37,000 nt of DNA, from positions 1 to 37,000 of the forward strand of contig CAZPWM010000027.1 of NCBI GenBank assembly GCA_964590575.1. Reading direction: 5' to 3'. The stretch comes from an uncultured archaeon (GTDB taxonomy: Archaea > Asgardarchaeota > Thorarchaeia > Thorarchaeales > Thorarchaeaceae). Shown one piece after another: positions 18,946 to 27,813 of the stretch. Position 1 is the first letter of the stretch. Each line of letters starts with the position of its first letter. A program made the position numbers and the translations under genes. Below the pieces are notes generated by a model, which saw only the letters and a list, made by a program, of their open reading frames with translations, searched no databases and was not told the origin of the DNA.

Positions 18946-20013
18946 TTGTCGGATTCCTCATCATTCCATTACGAAGATCTCATCGATAGACTTCTCCTTG
19001 TAGTCACATTGAACTCAACACTCATCCACTTTCTCCTCAGCTCTCAGGTTGAGGATACAATAGATCCGGACAGAGTTGATTCACTGACTCAAGGTCTTCT
19101 GAGAACACGTAAATGGATGGAGGAAGCAACGACGATGAAAGGAATCCCACCATCAACTCAGAACATCATGAGTCTTATCGTGAAGCGGCTTTCGCAAGTT
19201 GAAAGTCTATTGCCCAAACTTTCCAATAAAGCTAAACAAATAGAATCTGGATCCGCGACTCAAGAGATTCTATCTTTCCTTGATGGAAAGGAACCTCAAA
19301 CCAAAAGACCAACCCCCACAAGTGTATCTGCAACAGACCAAGATCCCGAGTTGGTACCATTAGTTGGAGGCGAACAACCGAAACCGATTGAACCATTTAG
19401 AAAAGTCGATGTTGAAGATGATCAGTTTGGTCTTATCGGTCAAAGTCAGAGGTTGATTCAGCAGTATTCAAGTAGGTGTCACGTTTTACTTCCTACATTC
19501 TGGTTGGAATCATTAAGAGAAATTCATCGTTACAGGTCCGAATCACCATATCTTGGTGATGTTGTAGAACTTCCAGCACGGATCCTCGTTAAGACTGCTA
19601 AAGGTCTCCTAACGGAGGCACCTGGAGCTCGACTACTACAAGATCTCTTGAAACATCGTCAACAAGAAAATTACCTGAATGGTTCCGAGATGGAGCGCAT
19701 CGAAAGAGCTGTAGCGAAATATTTCCAAGGAGTAGAACCGATTCTCAAAGAAGAGAAAGTAAACGTCAAGGAAAAGATCCTTGAAGCACAGACTGCCTTC
19801 GATGGGTTTGGATGGGGAGGTCCTGAACTTGAGAAACGCATCATCAAGAGACTGAACCAACAGGTGGAAGAAGCACTCCAAAATGCAGAATCAGGTACAG
19901 ACCCAGCACGACAGGTCATCTATGCAGAGATAGCCAAATTGTTATGCAAACTTCAACATGCTCTGTTAGCTGAACCAAGACAAATAGAGATTCTAGCTCA
20001 GATGAAACCTTGA
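18946..20013 (+). CDS. Hypothetical helical protein (355 aa), third gene of the tubulin-like operon
   Basis: TTG start 16 nt after the upstream stop, preceded by GGCGGTGA. Two helical regions separated by a Pro/Thr/Gln-rich linker. Confidence 0.75.
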   Translation: MSDSSSFHYEDLIDRLLLVVTLNSTLIHFLLSSQVEDTIDPDRVDSLTQGLLRTRKWMEEATTMKGIPPSTQNIMSLIVKRLSQVESLLPKLSNKAKQIESGSATQEILSFLDGKEPQTKRPTPTSVSATDQDPELVPLVGGEQPKPIEPFRKVDVEDDQFGLIGQSQRLIQQYSSRCHVLLPTFWLESLREIHRYRSESPYLGDVVELPARILVKTAKGLLTEAPGARLLQDLLKHRQQENYLNGSEMERIERAVAKYFQGVEPILKEEKVNVKEKILEAQTAFDGFGWGGPELEKRIIKRLNQQVEEALQNAESGTDPARQVIYAEIAKLLCKLQHALLAEPRQIEILAQMKP

Positions 20014-20107
20014 TTAAGCAAGATGGCATCTGAAGTTCATTCGTTCACATGCATAGCCCATATAAGGGATGCAAGCAACCCACAGCAAAGACAGACGAGG
20101 GTGCGAG

Positions 20108-21514
20108 ATGACTGGCCTCAAAACGATGCTTAATCCAAAAGTGACTGCTGTAGTTGGTGTTTCAACTTCAAATCCCTTCAGTCCAGGAAACGTGATTTTT
20201 CGAAAACTTGCTTTTGAAAATGGGCTCCCGACTTATCCTATCAATCCTAAAGGAGGAACTGTTGAAGGAGTTGCTGTTCACAAATCTATCACTGCAGCTC
20301 CAGATGATATCGAGCTCGCTGTGATTTCAGTGGCTGCGAAATATGTGCCGGGTGTTTTGACTGAATGTGGAGAGAAAAACATCAGGTCTGTAATCGTAGT
20401 TTCCGGTGGATTTAGCGAAGTGGGAGATACGGGTGCGACCCTGCAGTCAGAAATAGTTGAAATTGCTAATAGATACAAAATCTCGATGGTGGGTCCAAAC
20501 TGCATCGGTGTATTCGTTCCCGAGGTCTTAGACACGTTCTTCCTCCCCTCAGAACGTGTTGCTCGACCACGTAAAGGAAAAGTGGCAATCATATCACAAA
20601 GTGGAGGATGGCTTATAGAGAGACTTGAAGAGTTTGCAGCAAGACATGTTGGAATTGCTGCGGCGATCTCTATCGGCAACGCAGCACAGACAAATGTGAC
20701 TGATTTCGTTGAACACTTTGGTAGGGATGACAATGTTGATGTCATTCTGGCGTATATAGAAGGTTTTGGCGCGGGAGAAGGTAGGGATTTTGTGGATGCT
20801 TGCAAGAAGATAGCTCCAAAAAAACCAGTGATTGTCCTCAAAGGTGGAGAGTCTGAAGCAGGTCATAGAGCGACTCAGAGTCATACTTCATCGCTAGCAG
20901 GCGATCAAGCAGTCTCTAAAGATGCTTTCAATCAGTATGGCATTATCCAGGCTGTGGATGAAGACGAAGTGATGGCTTACGCAAAAGTGTTTTCATTCAA
21001 ACCCAAGCATATGTTAGGTCCAAGAGTTGGTACACTAACTGTAAGTGGTGGACATGGTGTCATTGCTAGCGATGAGGCATCACACTACGGTCTCATAATG
21101 CCTCCATTCAATAAGGAGCAACAGGAGGCAATGCGAGAAGTGATGACTCCAGCCTACCAAGGGATTGCCTCATTTCGTAATCCGTGCGACCTTACAGGGA
21201 GCGCAGCGGATATAGATTATGAACAAGTCCTCGATAAGATGCTTGGCTTCGATACAATTGATGCAGCACTCTTGCTTTTGTTGCCATATGCTCCGGGGAT
21301 CTCACTTCAAATTGGAGCAAGGGTTGCTAATGTGGCAAAGCGACATGACAAAACCGTCATTGCATATGTCCCAAATTTGGACAAGTATGAAGTCATTATG
21401 CGCGGTTTCGAGTTGAATGGTATTGTAGTTGGGGACACAATTGAAGAAGCAGTCCAGATGTTGAATGGAATTCGAACACGTTCGAAATATCTTCAACGCA
21501 TAGGTATTCTCTAA
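20108..21514 (+). CDS. acdA: Acetate/acyl-CoA ligase (ADP-forming) alpha subunit
   Basis: CoA-binding 'AVVGVS', 'YPINP', 'GGFSE', 'GPNCIG', 'SQSGG', 'SIGN', 'YIEG', phospho-His loop 'SHTSSLAG', 'SGG.G', 'NPCDLTG'. Confidence 0.9.
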   Translation: MTGLKTMLNPKVTAVVGVSTSNPFSPGNVIFRKLAFENGLPTYPINPKGGTVEGVAVHKSITAAPDDIELAVISVAAKYVPGVLTECGEKNIRSVIVVSGGFSEVGDTGATLQSEIVEIANRYKISMVGPNCIGVFVPEVLDTFFLPSERVARPRKGKVAIISQSGGWLIERLEEFAARHVGIAAAISIGNAAQTNVTDFVEHFGRDDNVDVILAYIEGFGAGEGRDFVDACKKIAPKKPVIVLKGGESEAGHRATQSHTSSLAGDQAVSKDAFNQYGIIQAVDEDEVMAYAKVFSFKPKHMLGPRVGTLTVSGGHGVIASDEASHYGLIMPPFNKEQQEAMREVMTPAYQGIASFRNPCDLTGSAADIDYEQVLDKMLGFDTIDAALLLLLPYAPGISLQIGARVANVAKRHDKTVIAYVPNLDKYEVIMRGFELNGIVVGDTIEEAVQMLNGIRTRSKYLQRIGIL

Positions 21515-21515
21515 T

Positions 21516-22637
21516 TTAGATTCCACCAGCAACTTTCTTGTAATCGATGCCTAGAGATTTCAGAGACTGGACAAGCTTGCCACTCAAAATGAGTTGCTTT
21601 GAGGATAGTTCCTCTACCTTCTGGGCACCTGTAAGATACATTGCAACACGAAGACCTTCAAGGTAACGTTCAAGCTCGACTACAACATCAAGTGAAGAAC
21701 CATAAACGGCCTGTCGAAGTATAGGATGGGCAATCCCAGCAGCAGTCGCCCCTAAAGCTAAAGCCTTCGCAATATCAAGTCCGCTACGGATCCCGCCTGT
21801 AGCAATAACATCAAGTTCAGTAGCGTCAAGCACCATAATCACACTCAGAGCTGTAGGAATACCCCAATCCCAGAACTGAAGACCAAGCTGTGCTTTAAGG
21901 TCGTCATCTTCTTTCTGAGCACGAAAGTACTCAACTCCAGCCCAACTAGTACCACCTACACCACCTACATCGATACCAGCAATGCCAACTTCTTCAAGGC
22001 TCTTAGCAACATCTCCAGATATTCCAGCACCAGTTTCCTTGATAATGACTGGAATATCAACAGAATCAACAATTTGAGCTATGCTATCCAGAGCTCCTTC
22101 AGAGTTGCAGTCGCCTTCTGGCTGGATGGCTTCTTGAAGTGGATTAAGATGAACAGCTAAAATGTCCGCATCGATCATAGAAACAGCATCAGGAGCTACT
22201 CGAACATGCGTTGCTCCAATGTTTGCAATCACTGGAACTGAAGGAGCTGTTTCTCTTACAATTGTGAATGTGTCTGCAAGCGATGGGTCTTCAACAGCTG
22301 CTCTCTGACTACCAACACCGATGGGCAATCCAAGCTCTTGAGCAGCACTTGCTAGTTTTTGATTGATGCTTTTAGTTTTCGGGTGTCCACCTGTCATAGC
22401 CGCAATGATGAGTGGTGCACCAGCTCTAAGGCCAAAAAAATTGGTTGTGAGATCGATTTTGTCTTTATCTATCTCAGGCAATGCATTATGTACAAATTCG
22501 ATATCTTCGAACATTGTAGACCGTTGACATTGAACTTCTTCATCCAGACATATTTCGATGTGTTCTAGTTTTCTTCGTTTCGTCATTGATGATTCATCCT
22601 CAATGTCGGAATCATCAAACGGTCTTCCTTCAACCAT
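21516..22637 (-). CDS. fni: Type 2 isopentenyl-diphosphate delta-isomerase
   Basis: 'RK.EHI', 'HNALPE', 'AMTGG', 'GVGSQR', 'NIG', 'HLNPLQE..QPEG', 'KETG.G', 'GGTSW', 'WGIPT', 'GGIR.G'. Start at 22637 follows GGAGGT. Confidence 0.96.
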   Translation of the reverse strand: MVEGRPFDDSDIEDESSMTKRRKLEHIEICLDEEVQCQRSTMFEDIEFVHNALPEIDKDKIDLTTNFFGLRAGAPLIIAAMTGGHPKTKSINQKLASAAQELGLPIGVGSQRAAVEDPSLADTFTIVRETAPSVPVIANIGATHVRVAPDAVSMIDADILAVHLNPLQEAIQPEGDCNSEGALDSIAQIVDSVDIPVIIKETGAGISGDVAKSLEEVGIAGIDVGGVGGTSWAGVEYFRAQKEDDDLKAQLGLQFWDWGIPTALSVIMVLDATELDVIATGGIRSGLDIAKALALGATAAGIAHPILRQAVYGSSLDVVVELERYLEGLRVAMYLTGAQKVEELSSKQLILSGKLVQSLKSLGIDYKKVAGGI

Positions 22638-22784
22638 CACTGTACCTCCAGCTATAGAGATGGTTAAATGAAAATGCAGATAGGAGTTGTGGTTGGGTTT
22701 CAAAATTGCAGTAATCTCAATTTGTTGCGTGATGCGAAGACTTTATTCAATGACCAAACGGATTCTCAGGAGAGTGTGGCGTTA

Positions 22785-23333
22785 ATGGCAAACGAGGAAA
22801 AGTATAGAATTGAAACTCCTGATGAGGAAGAAGAGCCTGAAGAGAAGAAGGGATTTTTTAGACCATTACCAACAAAAGAAGAACCACGATATATCGATAA
22901 AAATGGTAGACCTCAACCTATTGTTAAGCTATTAGGAGTGTCGATGACTGAGAAAAGAAAGGATCTCTTGATGCTGTTGCTTATTCCCGCTTTAGTTGCC
23001 ATTATTGATACATCATTCTACTCCTTTATTCTGATTTCCGTAGTAGAAAGTTCGACTACAACTTTGTTCGTTATACCTGCAATTGTTGCTATTCCAATTG
23101 GTCTCACATCACCTGATGCTGGAAAGGCGCTGGTCAGTGGTTTTATCGGAGCGATATTTTTCTTGATATTCTTCATCGCCTTTCTCGCGTCGCCAGGCCT
23201 GGTCTTACCAGAGTTAGGTATTGATAGCTTAATATTTAGCGCTGTTGCTGTTGCAATTGTCTACTTCATTCTAATGACAACAGCGACAATTCTTGGTTCA
23301 GTAATTGGAGCCCTTTTACGCGAATTCTTCTAA
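22785..23333 (+). CDS. Hypothetical membrane protein (about 4 TM)
   Basis: Charged N-terminus followed by four hydrophobic helices. ATG at 22785 avoids overlap with fni. Confidence 0.75.
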   Translation: MANEEKYRIETPDEEEEPEEKKGFFRPLPTKEEPRYIDKNGRPQPIVKLLGVSMTEKRKDLLMLLLIPALVAIIDTSFYSFILISVVESSTTTLFVIPAIVAIPIGLTSPDAGKALVSGFIGAIFFLIFFIAFLASPGLVLPELGIDSLIFSAVAVAIVYFILMTTATILGSVIGALLREFF

Positions 23334-23449
23334 TAGGAAAAGGATTGAGCGAAATTCCAAAACTGAGAATCCCAAAGCTGGATAGAACAAAGATAGAAGC
23401 CGTTTCCTCAAGTGGTAGATTATATTAGTGGCGATATTCTCGCAACGTT

Positions 23450-23581
23450 CTCAAAGACCTCTATTTTACGTGTTTGGATGGAAAATACCCTTCAGAGCAT
23501 GCCAAGAGAATCCGTGATAAGGTTCAAGAACTTGGTACAACACATTATAATCGAAACTATCAGAGGGATTTGTCGGGATGA
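23450..23581 (+). pseudogene. purF: Probable 3' remnant of amidophosphoribosyltransferase
   Basis: Hand translation LKDLYFTCLDGKYPSEHAKRIRDKVQELG...LSG* resembles the PurF C-terminal 'LC.AC..G.YP'. In-frame TAG upstream at 23426-23428. Its TGA overlaps the next ATG (ATGA at 23578-23581). Confidence 0.55.
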
Positions 23582-23712
23582 AGATAGGGATTATCGCAAG
23601 TCATAGCGCCTTGAGTATTATTTCTGGCGCAAAGGTAGAAGGGTTTGATACAGAACTCTATTGCATAATTGCAGCAGTAAAAGAAGACAACTTAAGCGAG
23701 GTGTCGACATGA
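23578..23712 (+). pseudogene. purP: Internally deleted PurP-family (FAICAR synthetase) gene
   Basis: 44-aa ORF MKIGIIASHSALSIISGAKVEGFDTELYCIIAAVKEDNLSEVST. The PurP N-terminal 'SHSAL.I..GAK.EGF.T' is joined to a PurP-like C-terminal tail; full PurP is about 330-360 aa. Confidence 0.8.
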
Positions 23713-23757
23713 TTTTAACAAACACTCCGAGCCAAAATTACAATCCAAGGAGCTGAA

Positions 23758-24726
23758 ATGATGGACCTTATCCATGAAGGGAAAGTGAAGAAAGTCTTTC
23801 AGGACCCGCAATCATCTGATAGAGTAATTATTGAATTCAAAGATACTGCTACAGCGGGCGAGGGTGAGAAGGAACAAAAGGTTGCTGGCAAGGGTGTACT
23901 TGCGTGTAAGATGACGGAATTCCTTCTCGGATATCTTGAAGGCAAGGGTATTGACACCTATTTTGTGAAAGCACTTGAAGGTCCCAAAGTTCTCTGCAGA
24001 AAAGTGGACATTTTTCCTGTTGAGGTTGTGTGCAGGAACCTTGCTGCAGGATCATTCTGTAAACGTTATGGAGTTGAGAAAGGAAAAAACTTGGATAGTC
24101 CACTCGTTGAGTTCTTTTTGAAAGATGACAGCCTGAATGATCCATTGATTACAGAAGATGCAATCACAAGATTAGATCTTGTAACATACCAGAATTTACA
24201 GTTGATGCGGTCAGTTAGTCTGTCTGTCAATTATTATTTGTCAGAGTTGTTTAAGCAAAAGAATCTTAGTCTAATAGACTTCAAGCTGGAGTTTGGATGC
24301 ACTAAAGCAGGATACATTGTTCTAGCAGATGAGCTATCAGGAGACACAATGCGAATCTGGGATATTAAGTCAAAATCATTGAATAAGGATGTTTTCAGGG
24401 AGGACAAAGGAAACCTAATAGAGGTCTATACGAAACTTGTCGATGCACTTACTCATACTAAACCGGAAATTGTCAAGGCTAGACAGGAAATAGTCCAAGT
24501 CATCGTAAAGCCTAAGACTGGAATCAAGAATCCGCCAGGCGAGGTTACAAAGAAAGCATTAATCCGTCTAGGATTTGGTGTGGTTGATGAAGTCCGAGTT
24601 GGAAAGATTTTCAATATCTTTCTACCGAAACCTGTGACATCTGAAATTCTATCGCAGCTCAACATTATGAATATTAAACTACTCTCAAATCCAATATCTG
24701 AGAAGCATGAGGTGAGGCTCAGCTAG
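23758..24726 (+). CDS. purC: SAICAR synthetase fused to C-terminal PurS domain (PurC-PurS)
   Basis: 'EGK.KK', 'GKG', 'EVVCRN..AGS', 'KDD...DP', 'DFKLEFG', 'LADE'. The last ~80 aa ('V.VKPKTGIKNPPG....AL.RLGF..V.EVRVGK...KLLSNP..E') are PurS-like. Confidence 0.9.
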   Translation: MMDLIHEGKVKKVFQDPQSSDRVIIEFKDTATAGEGEKEQKVAGKGVLACKMTEFLLGYLEGKGIDTYFVKALEGPKVLCRKVDIFPVEVVCRNLAAGSFCKRYGVEKGKNLDSPLVEFFLKDDSLNDPLITEDAITRLDLVTYQNLQLMRSVSLSVNYYLSELFKQKNLSLIDFKLEFGCTKAGYIVLADELSGDTMRIWDIKSKSLNKDVFREDKGNLIEVYTKLVDALTHTKPEIVKARQEIVQVIVKPKTGIKNPPGEVTKKALIRLGFGVVDEVRVGKIFNIFLPKPVTSEILSQLNIMNIKLLSNPISEKHEVRLS

Positions 24727-25418
24727 TGTCAATCGCAGTGATTAGATTCCCCGGTACAAGTAATGAGAATGATGTGCTACGTGCACTTGCACAGATTCCA
24801 GGAGCGAAACCATACATCGTGCCTAGTAGAAAGGGACTTGCAGGAATAGAAGATGCGGATGGTGTTGTGATTCCAGGAGGGTTCTCATATGGAGACTATC
24901 TTAGAGCGGGAGCAATAGCATCGGTGGAAGTCATCGTTGAAGGTATTCGAGACCTTGCTGAAGATGGCAAACCAGTTCTTGGAATCTGCAATGGTTTCCA
25001 GATACTTGCTGAAACAGGACTATTACCCGGTGCACTACTACCAAATCACTCTGCGCATTTCATCTGCAGGTGGGTCTATCTTAAGGTCTGTGAAACTGCG
25101 TCAATATTCACTGAGAATTTGGAGAACGCAGTTATCCGACTACCTATAGCTCATTCTGAGGGCAATTTCTTCTGCTCAGATGAACATTTAGTGGCGCTGA
25201 CTGACGAGGGACGAATTCCATTCAAATATTGTGATGAACATGGAGATATTACTCCGGATTCTAATCCAAATGGATCACTTGAGAATATTGCTGGAATCAT
25301 AAATCAGAGAGGAAATGTACTTGGATTGATGCCTCATCCAGAGAGGGCGTCAAGACCTATTCTAGGTTCTACTGACGGACTGTATATTTTGGAGAACTTT
25401 GTGAGGGCGACTCAATGA
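24726..25418 (+). CDS. purQ: FGAM synthase glutaminase subunit
   Basis: 'FPGTSN', 'PGGFSYGDYLRAG', 'GICNGFQIL', 'MPHPER'. Confidence 0.95.
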   Translation: MSIAVIRFPGTSNENDVLRALAQIPGAKPYIVPSRKGLAGIEDADGVVIPGGFSYGDYLRAGAIASVEVIVEGIRDLAEDGKPVLGICNGFQILAETGLLPGALLPNHSAHFICRWVYLKVCETASIFTENLENAVIRLPIAHSEGNFFCSDEHLVALTDEGRIPFKYCDEHGDITPDSNPNGSLENIAGIINQRGNVLGLMPHPERASRPILGSTDGLYILENFVRATQ

Positions 25419-27583
25419 TAACCAAAAAAGAGCTCCAACATGCCACAAAGGTCCTTGGGCGTGAACCAACCAAAACAGAACTTGCTATGCTCGATGTACT
25501 CTGGTCTGAGCATTGCAGCTACAAAAGCAGCAAACGTTGGTTCTATCTATTCAATACCACCGCTGAAAATGTTGTACTCGGAATTGGAGAAGGTGCAGGT
25601 TTGGTTGATATCGGTGAGGGGCATTATGTTGGAGTCGCGATGGAATCCCACAATCATCCAAGTCAGATTGATCCATACAATGGAGCGGCTACTAGCGTTG
25701 GAGGAATTATCCGAGATGTAATTTCACAGGGATGCAAGGCAGTGGGGCTCATGAATTGTTTGAGATTTGGTCACCCAAAGAAACCACACAACGCATACCT
25801 GCTTGAGAATGTTGTAAGAGGAATTTCTGAATATGGGAATAGCGTGGGTATACCTGTGGTTGGAGGAGAAATAGAATTCGATGACTCCTTTGATGAGAAT
25901 TGCCTTGTCAACTCAGTGTGCATAGGATACGTAAAACCAGAGAAGGTTGTTCGAAGCAGTGCTAGAACACCAGGATATCATCTCGTTGTGTTCGGATCAA
26001 CTACTGGCCGCTATGGCATAGCTGGAGTTAGCTTCGCATCAGAAATCTTTTCGGATGAAGAACAAGATAATCGAAGTACAGTCCAAATTGGAGACCCCCT
26101 AGCTAAAAAAGTCTTGATAGACACACTGACAGAGCTTATTGAAGAAGAGCTGATAGATGGTCTTCAGGACTTTGGTGGCGGCGGAATGGTATCTGCTGCA
26201 GGTGAACTTGCTCGTGCTGGAGGGACTGGTGTTGAGATTAATCTTGAGAAAGTACCACTTAGAGAAGAGGATATGGACCCCTCAGAGATACTCATCTCTG
26301 AGTCGCAAGAACGAATGCTAGCTGTTGTTGCTCCAAAGAATTTAGAGCGAGTAATAACTTTATTTGAAAAGAATGACACGCCTTACGCAGTGATTGGAAA
26401 AGTCACCAAAGAGGGCAATTACACCGCCAAGTACGAAGATGAAACTCTTGCCAACCTTCCAATTAGTCTGTTAGTTGATGGTTTCCCAGTACCAGAGAGA
26501 GTTGAAGGGAAAATTCCCACTCAAACGGATTCACTCAGCTGGTTAAAGGAACCCGATAATTATAGAGATGCTGTACTGAATTTGCTTCGTTCCATAAATA
26601 TCTGTGACCGTTCGTGGGTTTATAGTCAATATGATCAGCATGTTCAAGCAAATACAGTTGTGGACTTAGGGCAAAATGCAGGAGTCTTGGAGTTTCCCAA
26701 TGGTAGACTCTTAGCTTTTACTAGCGATTGTAATTCTTTCTGGTGCTTGTTAAATCCTCAAATAGGTACAGCAAATTCTGCTGCGGAATCACTCAGGAAT
26801 ATTGTATCAATGGGTGCGCGACCTCTATTTATAGCAGATTGCTTGAACTTTGGAAATCCTGAACGTCCTGAGTCTTATGCCCAATTTGTAGAATCAGTAA
26901 GGGGTCTTGGGAGATTCTCACACGACTTCAGAATCCCAATCATAGGAGGAAATGTATCACTATATAATGAAACAGAAGTTGATGAACAACGAAAAAGAAT
27001 CAATCCAACTCCACAGATAATGATTGCAGGAATATTTACTCAAGGGTTTTCACCAGTCAAACGTAATTTAGTCACACCATGGGCAAACGTCATCCTAGTA
27101 GGAGAAACATTTCCTGAGTTGAACGGAAGTGAATTTCAGAGAACAACTCTCGGTGAAGTGAAAGGTGAACCACCAGATTATAGGCCAAGCTGGGAGAAGC
27201 GGTCAATGAATGTCATCCTTGAGGCTCATGAACGGGGGCTCATTAGGTCTTGCAATAATGTTGGTCGCGGAGGTGTTGCTGTTGCGCTCATGAAGATGTT
27301 AATGAATAGTGAATATGGGTTCAAACTTAATTTGGATTATATTCCGGGCACAGTCAACAGCTTAGCTCAAGCTCTCTTCTCAGAGACCTCTGCTCGCTAC
27401 TTAGTCGAGGTAACTGAGAGCAATCAACCTGAATTCCTAAAGATTATAGAGAAGCATCAAACCACATCATGCGAATTGGGGCTTACGACTTCTGACCCCG
27501 TTGCAGATTTTGGTAAATTCACCATACCTCTAGATGAAGCAAGAGCAGCTTTTTCAGGAGGGTTGAACAAGTTTCTGGGGTGA
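25415..27583 (+). CDS. purL: FGAM synthase synthetase subunit (small PurL)
   Basis: 'WSEHCSYKSS', 'ESHNHPS', 'ESQERM', 'QYD', 'DCLNFGNPE', 'GGNVSLYNE', 'LFSE'. Confidence 0.95.
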   Translation: MITKKELQHATKVLGREPTKTELAMLDVLWSEHCSYKSSKRWFYLFNTTAENVVLGIGEGAGLVDIGEGHYVGVAMESHNHPSQIDPYNGAATSVGGIIRDVISQGCKAVGLMNCLRFGHPKKPHNAYLLENVVRGISEYGNSVGIPVVGGEIEFDDSFDENCLVNSVCIGYVKPEKVVRSSARTPGYHLVVFGSTTGRYGIAGVSFASEIFSDEEQDNRSTVQIGDPLAKKVLIDTLTELIEEELIDGLQDFGGGGMVSAAGELARAGGTGVEINLEKVPLREEDMDPSEILISESQERMLAVVAPKNLERVITLFEKNDTPYAVIGKVTKEGNYTAKYEDETLANLPISLLVDGFPVPERVEGKIPTQTDSLSWLKEPDNYRDAVLNLLRSINICDRSWVYSQYDQHVQANTVVDLGQNAGVLEFPNGRLLAFTSDCNSFWCLLNPQIGTANSAAESLRNIVSMGARPLFIADCLNFGNPERPESYAQFVESVRGLGRFSHDFRIPIIGGNVSLYNETEVDEQRKRINPTPQIMIAGIFTQGFSPVKRNLVTPWANVILVGETFPELNGSEFQRTTLGEVKGEPPDYRPSWEKRSMNVILEAHERGLIRSCNNVGRGGVAVALMKMLMNSEYGFKLNLDYIPGTVNSLAQALFSETSARYLVEVTESNQPEFLKIIEKHQTTSCELGLTTSDPVADFGKFTIPLDEARAAFSGGLNKFLG

Positions 27584-27590
27584 TCAGCGG

Positions 27591-27700
27591 TTGTCGCGAG
27601 TTCTCATCATCGCAGGAAGCATGAGCGACGAGCCAGAGTTTGAAAAAGCCTTCAAACGTTCTGGAAGAGCTCAATATAAGCTATAGAGTTGTGTATAATC
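27591..27700 (+). pseudogene. purE: Frameshifted 5' remnant of N5-CAIR mutase/AIR carboxylase
   Basis: TTG at 27591 follows GGGGTGA. MSRVLIIAGSMSDEPEFEKA, then a +1 shift near 27651 gives SNVLEELNISYRVV. Compare PurE 'V.IIMGS.SD.....A...LEE.GI.Y...V'. Similarity then breaks off. Confidence 0.75.
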
Positions 27701-27813
27701 TCACTTCGAATTCTCCAAGAACAATTGGGTGGTATTTTAGCATTCTAGAACTCATTTCAATTTAAACCACAGACTTAGAAAGGATAATGTAATCCTATGC
27801 GTAAAGGCGCATA

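Noticed and set aside
23412-23606. Listed 64-aa ORF MVDYISGDIL...
   Set aside because: The recognisable similarity (PurF tail, PurP start) lies in the other two forward frames.
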